From NCBI GenBank assembly GCA_028023455.1, contig JAQFVV010000004.1:19964001-20028000 (forward strand): a stretch of DNA of 64,000 bases, read 5' to 3'. The notes under the pieces were generated by a model. It was given only the letters and a program-made list of their open reading frames with translations, ran no database searches and was not told the DNA's origin. Position numbers and translations under genes: made by a program. Positions 53,591 to 64,000 of this stretch are shown in pieces. This DNA is from Epiperipatus broadwayi (Eukaryota; Animalia; Onychophora). Position 1 is the stretch's first letter. Each line of letters opens with the position of its first letter.

Positions 53591-56500
53591 TGATTATAAG
53601 TTCATGTCAGTGATGATAACTTAAGTTATCAATATAGATTACAAATAGAATAAATATTTAATTAACATAACTACTATTGCCATCTAATCAATAATATTTT
53701 TTAATCCTAAAAAATATTTAATACATTTAATTTATCTTCATAGTAACACTATGCAATATATTAGTATCGTGATACTTACATTAGTAAATATTTTTGCTAT
53801 TGTTGTCTAATCTTATGTTTTCTTCATTACCTTAATTGATTTATATAGAAAAATTACTATCTAATAAGTATAATCACATTGGAATGTCCAGACAAAGGAA
53901 CAAAGCTGTCATTACTACATATAAATTATGACAGGTTTAAATTCAGGTTTAGAAAGTATCATTATGAATATGATTCTGTTATTCATTAAAATGATACTTT
54001 TTTATGCAAAGTGAAATTAAATTGTCAATATAAGAATATAGTTCTCATCTAAAAAACAGTCACATTAAGAGATGGAATAACATAGTTATCTACCTTCTTT
54101 ATAGAGACAATCTGTACATTATTTATTAGTCTTGCAATAGACTCAATCTAGTAACTCATATTTTATGATTATGGAGCCACATTTCACTAAATCTTCCAGT
54201 AGCCACCAGAGGCAAAAAAATATCTGAGTGCAGAGAAAAAATTTTTTTCACTCCATTCAGTTTTATTAGCTTATACTTATTAGTTCTTTTCTTTTTTAAA
54301 ATTTCTGTTTAGACATCAGAAGTACTAAAATTTATAAATAAGTGATGTGTTGATAATAAGTAGCTTAAAGTGTAGGATTGACATTTGTGATAAAAACATT
54401 TGACATTATAATTTTTTTAAAGTGAATTTTTTTATTCAATAGTATTAGAAAAAAAAAAACTTACTAATAACAAAATCCTTTCTACATGACTGAGTAGGAT
54501 TTCAAAATGGAGAGCTGATTTTTAGTAGCATTTAATAATATTTTTATTTTCCTTTTGCTTCAAGTCTTCAGAAATCAAACTTTTTTGATTTAAGATATTT
54601 CAAACACTGATTCTTTCCAAATGAACATTATTAAAAATAGAATTATGTATCTAACAGCAAATATAAATCAAAGTTTTGAAAAACAGTTGTCACTAAGTTG
54701 AGAGCTTATTATGCTTGCTAAAAGCAAAGGTGGTTAAATTTTTTTAATGATGATATAAACAGATAGAAAATAAAAACAAAACAAAAAAAATCAAAATTCA
54801 ATGAGTAGATTTATTGAAATTTCATATACCTAAATAAAAACTTAAATGCATGTTGAAATTAGTTAACAATAAAAATAGAAAATTCATAATGCAATTCAAA
54901 GATTCTTTTTTATAAAATTAAAAGCCATATTTATTAGAGACTGGAATTATAAGAGCCCTTTCCATGATTGGAAAATAATATCTAATCTTTAAAATCACTT
55001 TCATTTCATAACAGAGAGAATCTAACATTTTTTTCCAAAACAAATAAAACTTGAATTTTATCTAATATAATATTCTAATACTAGTCTTACAAATAACACT
55101 TAATAAAACTGAGATTTGGATTTAGAATATCAGCAATTAAAATATCTTGCAAACACTGTTTGTGAAATAGTTTTAACAATCTATAAATAATCAATACTAT
55201 GATAATAATATTTCACTCCTATTTAAAAAGAATGTTTATTCAGGAGCACTGGTCTGTCTAGCAAAACTCGAAGAGGAAAGGAAAATAATATGATTTAAAA
55301 GTTGTCATTTATTTTAATCAGTGTGTTATTATAAACAGTTGAATATATTAGGAACAGTTAAAATAAAGTTAATTTTTTCTAAAAACGTCTAACAATTCAA
55401 TTAGATGATGAAAATAGTCATAACCTAATATATAACTACAAGCAAAATACCATCATCACAAACATATTATAGTTGTTCCTATAATAATATGAAATTTAAA
55501 ATATTGGATCTATTATGTTTATCTCTATGCATATGACAAGCCCTAAAACAATGATTTTTGAATGAGAAACTCCATGTGCATATCTAAAAACTATTTTGAC
55601 TAGTAATACCATGTGCATTTTTTGAAAGATGCACTGCTTTGCTATATTATTCAATAGAATATATAATAATATAATATATAATAATATATTTTAAAGTTGA
55701 CCATAAATTTTCTATCCAAATTCATTATAGTAATTTTATGAAAATAGAATAATAAAAAATAGATATTTCAGAGCGATTGCAAAAGATTATATATATATAT
55801 TTTTAAGAAAATATAAAAGCTATTAACATCAACTAGTAATTATTTTAGTTTTATAAAATTATTATCATATATCTGGATCCAATCATATGCAAATAAATTT
55901 TATTCATGAAAATATTTAGGTATGTGCACTCAATAGATGAGTTAGAGGTAAAAAATACCCGGATCTTCATGCATATTGGCAATTTAATATTTTTCATATT
56001 TTTTAACACATAAAATTTTTATTAACAATAACAACACGATCAGTTTTAATTTTACATACTTTATTTTAGCCTTTCTATCAAAACGAATCATCTTTATAGT
56101 TATTTTAGTCTTTCCATTAAAATGAGTCATCTTTATAGTTAAAAGATGTTAAAAAAATATTTCACTAATTATTTTGATGATGTTGGCAAAAATTTATTTA
56201 ATAGCGATTTTTAAATTATAAGTTCATTTAATTCTTTCATTGTAGTTTTTAGGCAAAATCATATTTACATTTTTAACTAATTACAATTTCAATTTAGATA
56301 GAGATATATAAATAATCTTACTAAAAAACCACATTTTAAAATAATGCCTTAAAGCCTGTGTTTATAATTCTGTAAAATTATTGTTGTTAAAATAAAAGTT
56401 TTAATTAAATTTTTTAGATTACATGAATGAAATGAGTTTTCAATCTACATATTAAAAATGTAATTCAAACAAACACATGCTAACACCATTTAAAATATTA

Positions 56501-57449
56501 ACGTTTGGATTAAATTGCCAAAACTTTAATACGAGCAATAATGTGATTTAATATCAAAGTTTCACTGATATTTGAAATGTTTGCCTTTTAAACATTGCAT
56601 CAAAATACAGAGATAAAAATTTCAATTCCAAAATTAAAATTTGATATGATTCTGATATCCATGTGTAGTTATAGGTAAAGACAACAAAATTAAACACCTT
56701 GTATAATAAATATGCAACATTTTATTCCTAAAAAAGAAAAAGTCAATAAATGTAAAACATCATAACTAAAATTCGGATTTCACTTTTAAAAGGAAAAATC
56801 GAATAATTATCAACTTACAACATAATTAGTTATATATACCTATAAAAAACTAACTAATATTCAAAAATAAATTTTGTCTTTTAAAATGAGTGTATCAATC
56901 ATTAACTGAAACCAATTTAGGAACACAGATACTACTGAGATCTCTTTTCAGTTTTAAAAGCATATTGAAAACATTAAAGAAAATCAATAGCTACTTATGA
57001 TAACTTGTCAGTTAACATGTTTCCTGTCAGTCCTTCTGGCTGGTGTGACTATTGATTTTTACTCCTCTAAAATATTTAGTTACTGATGGAGTGCTAGACC
57101 TTTGTAGCTATGCTAGAATGGTGAAATGGTTTCAAAATCTTAAGGGGATTTGAAAGTTTTAACCAACAGATATAATAATGTATGAATAAAACTGATTACT
57201 GAATGAATACAATAAAACTGGTATTCTTAATCAGAAATATCATAAAGTACTTAGGAGGAGAAAAAGTTTTTCTTTATTGCTATTTAGCATGTCTTGATTT
57301 TATTTAATGCTTTGATTGTGGCTTTTGGAATTGAAGGAAAAAAATGTTTTTTACAGATGGAAAAAATTCCATCAAATTAAATAATTAAATTATTTAATAA
57401 ATATAATACATTTAAACTTTGACCTTAATCATAGATTAATGTTAATCCA

Positions 57450-59550
57450 CTATTATGATAAACAATTCTCCAAATTTAATACAGTTTCTTCAATATGTGG
57501 ATTCTCTTTCTACATTACTTAAACAAATTTTTTCATCAATACATCTTATATATAACCATTTTCTAAAATATTTTACAATTTTTTGGAATCCAGTTTCAAA
57601 TTTCAGATATCCATCTATTATAATCTCTTCTAATGTTGTTTTCAATCTAACTTGGTTTCTCAATTCTCTCATAAGGTTCTCTTTTAAAGTGCTTAGTATT
57701 TTTACCCATTATGCTTCCATCTGTATTAATAATTTGACTCATATGTTTGTAATTGTTAATTTTTAATTGATTACTAGAAAACATCATTTTTTTCATTTTT
57801 TAAAAACTATTGAGCATTTCTTTAGTTCTTTTAGCATCTCATTTTAATCTTATTTTCTTGATTTTATCTGATAGCTATTATAATATTTTCTAAAACTCTG
57901 AAGCATTCTTTTCAAAAGTCACTGTATGATTTGAAAAGTCTAGAGGATTTAATTAATCTTCATTTATTTTTATTTTATTTAATTTTCCACTTTGAATTAC
58001 CTAATATAAATTTTTACCAATGTTACATTCTTTTTGTTACCATATAGTTTAATCACTGCTATTGGGTTTTGATAAAAATTTGATAAAATTTGTCAATATT
58101 CCCAGACTATCTTTTGATTTTACTAAGATTTAATCTTCAGAAATGATTAAGTATCAAATATTTTTTCATAATCTACAATTTTGGAGCATAATAAAAAATT
58201 CAAACTCTTTGGTTCTTTTTATAGCGTCTCTTAATATTTACTTGTGCTCTATTTGGTTAAACCATTTTTAAATTGTTTGTTTGGTTGATTTGAATTGAAA
58301 CAAGTTGTAATAATATTAGAAAAGATTTTGTACAGAACTAATAGAAAAGTGACAGGTCTATAATTTCTAATATTTCATTTCATATTTCTTAAATATCAAT
58401 ATTCTACTGCATTTGGCATATTTTAATTATTTGAATAATTGATAAATAGCATGGTCAACAATTTTTTTTATTTCTTCATCCAATTCTTTAAAATCTATGC
58501 ATCATTGTCATCACCTTCATTCTTCATAAGATAATTGGAATATCATAACCATAATAAGTACTTTGTTGCTGTTTTTGTTTCTTTCATTTCAATATTATCA
58601 TATTTTTTAATATCATATATATTTTCTTCCTAGTACCAAACAACTTTTTTCTCATATCAAAATGTTGTTAACTATTATCACAGTTATATTTAATTATATC
58701 ATTATTAATTATTTTTCACATTATTTTTACATAATTTCAAATAAACAATTCTTTTAAACATGCCATTTACATATTTCTTTTACGTTGCTTTGCATCAGTT
58801 GGAAATTTTACTGGCAAATTACTGCATTTATCTATAACCTAATGTGAGAACATTGGAGTATCAGTTATGTTATTCACTTTTAATCAAGTAAGAACTATTT
58901 TACAAGTTTGTTTACATTTAAAAGTGATTTTTATGTTTTACATTAACTTCTCTATAAAATTTATTTCTGAAGGTTAGATATATCAGCTCCCTGTATTGAA
59001 TCTATTAAGCAAATTACAATTTCAAAATTCTCTATGACTATTTTAATTTTGCTCCCCCCTCTCCCAGAAAAACAAATTCATAGTATAATTTTTTTATTTA
59101 TTTTTCAAATTTCATATATCTATGATATTTTTAATTCTGTCTCATATTCAATTTTATATATAGGATTTTCATCTTCCATTCAACTTCCAAATCTAGCATT
59201 AAAATCTTTTAAGACAACTTTAAAATGTTTTGTCTAATCAAAAGCATTCTGTATTTTATATGACTCTATAAGAATTTATTGAGGCATAAATCTGAATTAT
59301 CTGCATTTGATATCTTTTACACTAAATTGGATAGCTAATTTTCCTATTTTATCTAAACACCATCTTTTTAGGCTGTTAATTTTAAGTTCTATTTATGATA
59401 AATCTCATTCCATCTGTGCATTGACATATTTACTTTCAAATTAAATGGCTTTTCATATTTCTTTCAATTTCACAAACTCTCGTTTATAATATTAGACATT
59501 TTTTCCAACTTGTGTAATTTTTTTTTATTTGAACAAGTGTCTATAATTGA
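57450..59550 (-). mobile_element. Decayed long copy of the same RTE family as 38272-41222
   Basis: The reverse complement of 59280-59316 encodes YQMQIIQIYAS (cf. YQMQIIQVYAP at 40820). NIRNYRPVTFLLVLYKIFS lies near 58320-58375 and RT C-terminal homology in ORF 57490-57672. Confidence 0.75.
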
Positions 59551-59621
59551 TGGCAGCCTATGACCAATACCATGAGAGTCTTGGTACCTTCTGCTCTTTG
59601 TTGGCTGATAATTTTAAAATA

Positions 59622-59708
59622 TGCAAGAAATAATAACCATAATTTATTCCTGCAAGAAATGATAACCATAATTTATTCATGCAAGAAATGATAACCATAA
59701 TTTATTTT
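59622..59708. repeat. 29-bp tandem repeat, 3 copies
   Basis: Unit tgcaagaaat(a/g)ataaccataatttatt(cc/ca/tt) starts at 59622, 59651 and 59680. Confidence 0.9.
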
Positions 59709-60997
59709 TGTCTATTATGATTTCAAATATAAAACGGAATTCATACATATATTCAGACATCAATTCATCCTTCCTCAAGAACATCATATTGATGTCTCAG
59801 ATAAAAATTGTCAGGTAACTGAGAAGAAAGATAATGGTGGTGTTTTTTTTTTTAAATTTAAAGTCAGAGTAATAGAAATTTAATTTATCACACTAGATAA
59901 TGTCTGAAATTGAGCAGTTCATCCCTATTTACTTACCAACATAAAATAATCTAATGGTAACAACAGTTGTAATGATACAAATTTATGGAGCGAACATTAT
60001 GATTTTCTATACTCAGTTCTTTTAAGGTCTCCTTTCAATTAATAGCAAATTTCTTTAATGCATAATATTATATATTTAAAAAATAAATAACAAAAAAAAA
60101 CCCCTCTTTGATTAAAAATTTAATTTTTAATATTTTCATGCTAATTGCATTTATATATTAAAAAACGTATATGTTCAAACTTTATTTACTTTGCATAAAA
60201 TTCATCAATGATAAAATAACTAATTGTCTAATTTATTTTTATCTTGATATTATAGCACATTTAATATTAAAGAATTCATTTAAATAATAACTTATTCTAA
60301 TTAAATCACAATACTTTACTGAATATTAATTTTTCCTATTTGTAATTTAAATTTGCATACACTTTTTTTATTTGCATAATGAAGTGATTCCTTTTTTCTT
60401 TATAATCTAAAATTGAATGAATTTTCATTGAAGTTCACCATAATAATGTCTGATGAACTTCACTGAAAGTGCACTCAGCTTTAGGTTATAAAGATGAAAG
60501 AAATCACTTCACTATGTAGAAGAACAAATGCAAATTTGAAATACTTTACTGAATAAAAGTGTGTTTAATTGTATAGAAACACTTTGTCATATTAGCATTT
60601 TATATTTGATTTCAAGTAGCTTTACAAATGAAAATGCATTCTAGTTTAATACTGATTAAAGTGCAAGAAATATTCAAGAAAAAGTTGATACCCATTTCAT
60701 AAGAATGTGAAAAAAAAAAGGCTTAAGAGATATATTAGTGATTATCTGCATTGTTCAATGTTCAAGACTGTCAGCATTAAGATGTTGAATGACTCTATTT
60801 ATTAAAAATGGGGAAAATAAATCTGAACTGTAGTCAAATATCAGCACTTAATGAGAGAACCAATAGATATTATAAAGGATTATAGTCAAAATATATGCAA
60901 CATAGTGGAACAAATGACTGCAAGGTGACTATATATATATATCAAAATAAACACTAATCAGTCATAAATTATACATGGGGAAGATTTATAGAAACTA

Positions 60998-62900
60998 CAG
61001 GCAGTCACCTAGTTACAAACTTAATTCCTGATGTGTGTTTGGAATTGAAATTGTTTCTAACATCAAAAAGGGTTTTCAAAATACAGTATTTATTTTTTAT
61101 TGATTAGTATCTGGAGTTTTGTTTACAAATTTATCAAGAGTTAATTGAAATGTATTCTTTTTCTTCTCTTGATAAAGAATTCTGTAACATTCTGTGTCTT
61201 TTTCTATTGCCCTTCATACATGAGATATACACTCTCCATTGGGATCACATTCTTCCATGATGGTCAAAAATTTGTCAAGATGCATGAAGGCTTCATTCAT
61301 ATTCTTGATTGTCAAACTCTTAACAATAAGTTCATTATCAGGTTCTTCTTCATTTTGTATTTCATTCATCTCTTGTAGTTTAATCAAGTCTTCATTTGAC
61401 AGAGGTTCTGAGTGAGATTGCATTAACTCATCAATATCTTCATCAGTGACATCTAAATTTAATTCATTCATTATATTGACTATTTCAGTTGTGATATCTT
61501 CAGGAGTTTCTTCAATGTCCATAGAAGCATTCATCATTTGTGGATATATTTTTTTCCAACAACCTTTCATTGTTGACTCTCTTATTTCAGCCCATGCATC
61601 CCCAATAATATTTATTGCATTCCATATATTATAACTTTTCCAAAAATCTCTTAGTGTAGGTCCACCTTTCTTGTCAATTGCCTTGATTGCTTGAGTCATT
61701 AATCTTCTCATATAATACTGCTTAAAAGTAGCTATCACAGTTTGGTCCATAGGTTGTATTTCACTTGTGGTATTGGGAGGGATAAACACAACATTAACTT
61801 CTGGATATAAATTTTGCAGGGATTTTGGATGTCCAGGAGAATTGTCTAAGAGCAATAGTGTTTTAAATGGTAAATTATTCTCACTACAATATTGCCTAAC
61901 AGAAGGCACAAAATGATGTGAGAACCAATCTTGAAAAAGCTGTGCAGTAGCCCAGGCTTTAGGATTTGATTTCCTAATGACTGGAAGCATTCTTTTATCT
62001 TTTCCTTTCAATGCTCTAGGATTTTCTGTCTGATAAATTAGCATTGGCTAAAATTTAAAATTACCTCCAAGAAGGAATGTTAATCTGTTTTTAGAAGGTT
62101 TATGCCCAGGTATAACTGATTCTTCCTTTGCTAAATATATATGTGCAGGCATCTTTTTCCAAAATAATCCTGTCTCATCTACATTGAAAACTAGGCATGG
62201 AAAATAAGCTCCATCTTTAATGATATTAGAGAAAGTGGAAATAAATTCACTGGCAGCTTTCTTATCTGCACTGGCACCTTCCCCAGTACATTTAATATTA
62301 TGTAAAGAATATCTCATTTTAAATTTGTGAAACCAGCCATTGCTTGCTACAAATTCAACAGCAGAGTCTTCTTTTAATTCTTTCTTCCAATCTTCATGCA
62401 AACTAAGAGCCTTAGCTTGAATAATTGATAAACTCACTGGGATGCCTTTTTGATGTTGATCTTCAATCCATAAAGCCAAAGATTTCTCCATTTCATCCAT
62501 TACTCTGCCATGTCTTTTTGAAACAATCTTTGAAGAAATATTTCCACAATTTTTAACATATTCCTTAATTTTGTTCTTGTTTTTCACAATTGTATATATT
62601 GTTGATCAGTTTAAATTACCTGAACATGCAATTGAAGCAAAAGATTCACCATTTTCAGAATGTCTAATTATATCCATTTTTGTCTCGATTGTTTGGGGTT
62701 TATGAGACCTTGATTTCTTTTTAGTTGTATCAACACTGCTGTTTTTTCATTTCTCACTCATGTTTTTAATTAATAAGAATGAAAAAAATTCACCAAAACA
62801 GAAATATATGCAGTGAATGTGTAGCGTAATCATGCACAAACTACTTTTAAAAATAAACACTAATCAAGACAGTCTGTGACGATGCTAAAAATAAAAGTAA
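60998..62900 (-). mobile_element. pogo/Tigger-type DNA transposon relic
   Basis: Contains the transposase pseudogene below. TA-CAGGCAGTCACCTAGTTACAAAC at 60996-61020 resembles a Tigger-like terminus. I did not find a matching TIR at the other end, so the right boundary is approximate. Confidence 0.75.
61110..62761 (-). pseudogene. Tigger/pogo transposase pseudogene (N-terminal HTH, CENP-B HTH, DDE_1)
   Basis: One frame from ATG 62761: MSEK*KN...TIETKMDIIRHSENGES...LN*STIYTIV, then SLALWIEDQ...ASNGWFHKFKMR...FNVDETGLFWKKMP...KNRLT...GGNFKF*PMLIYQTENPRALK...LLLDNSPGHP...PPNTTSEIQPMDQ. The C-terminal LYQEKK...QLTLDKF motif lies in a shifted frame near 61130-61190. Confidence 0.92.
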
Positions 62901-64000
62901 TCAATGTCAGAGAGATGGGAAGATTTACTGTATTTTAAATAGGTTTTTATTGTTCTCTAAAATATACTTTTAATTATTTTTCTAAATTCCAAAGTTTATC
63001 TTTCTTTAGAAAAAAATCAATTACGAATGTAAGTAAATAGTTTTTTTATATGCGCATAGATAAAGATCTAAAATCCAAAGTGATTACGTAACAGTGAAAT
63101 GTTCTGGCAGCTTCCAGTTCATATGGTGAACAATGTGTATACTGTCATTCAGCTCTGACAAAATTTGTTACATGACTATACCTTAAAATGGACTGATTAT
63201 TTACAACCAACTCCCCTTCCATAATGAAATCAACTGGATTTATTGAGTATCATTACTTATTGACCTATTTCTAATATTGGAAGATATATCTATTCACATT
63301 GATCTGTGATGCTGAATAATCAATCAAATCAAGATAAGATGGAATTTGGCTAGTCCATTAGTTGAAGATAAGTTGAAGCATAATATAAATATTATGGATT
63401 ATTATTGTAATTTGAGTAATGCATTTAATTGCTACTGTCACATGAGCAGGTTATTTAATTGTTCTTCTTTTTATTTTTTTTCTTTTCTGCCCAATATTTC
63501 AAATTAATATATGTGTCATTATTGACAGTTGAATGTATTTGGAATATTTAAATAAAGTTAAAGTTTTCTAAAGACATTCAATATTTATCATAGATAGATG
63601 GAAATAGTCCAATATATAAATACAAGAATAAATAAAGTTTAAATTTTTATAAAAACATTTAGCAATTTCAATTTGATGATAAAAATAATAATTAAAACTT
63701 ATTTAAAATGTATATCCGAGTTCGAAAATTATAGAAGAATTAATAAAAGAAGTAATAAAAATAAAGTAAAACTTATCTTTCAAAAGTAACCTTTATGGGA
63801 AAGTTACAACTGTTCTTATGATTCTAAATGGGCAGGGACTACATACTGTCTACCTGCCCATGTGTATCACAGAGAATACAGTGCTTTACATATTAAGAAG
63901 TCAACAATGAGTATTATATAGCATTCAAAAATTCTGAATTCCAAGACTCCGATACAATGCAACTAAGGCACCATGTTGTTTGCATTAGTGGAACATCCAG

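Noticed and set aside
54545-54572. CTGAAGA CTT...AAG GAAA on the minus strand
   Set aside because: No stem III or NUH and no repeat context.
59622-59708. CRISPR-like reading of the 29-bp repeat
   Set aside because: Units are contiguous with no spacers, there are no cas genes, and the context is eukaryotic.

Overview
Very AT-rich, CpG-depleted animal genomic DNA, probably arthropod (inference from TE content and the kinase). The only host gene I can support is the 3' end of a minus-strand receptor tyrosine kinase with an insulin-receptor-class kinase domain, most like a Venus kinase receptor. Three phase-compatible exons are visible: 43488-43600, 37513-37720 and 25377-25827. The exon ending in the catalytic HR was not found and probably lies beyond 64000. 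The rest is intron or intergenic DNA full of transposon relics: a near-full-length RTE LINE, several decayed RTEs, a pogo/Tigger transposase pseudogene, Penelope (PLE) RT/GIY-YIG relics and a tRNA-Gly-derived SINE. The most striking signal is a dense set of short non-autonomous Penelope-like elements from several unrelated families. Most carry minimal type-I hammerhead ribozyme motifs (CUGANGA-stem II-GAAA, palindromic stem III, NUH). They have a tail-less inverted 5' copy, a tailed direct 3' copy, and in five cases 13-16 bp target duplications. Some hammerheads have a fully intact core in the sense of the kinase pre-mRNA. Three families share a UUGANAA core, consistent with a compensatory U3-A8 swap of the C3-G8 tertiary pair. 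All alignments and folds were done by eye; no database searches were run.
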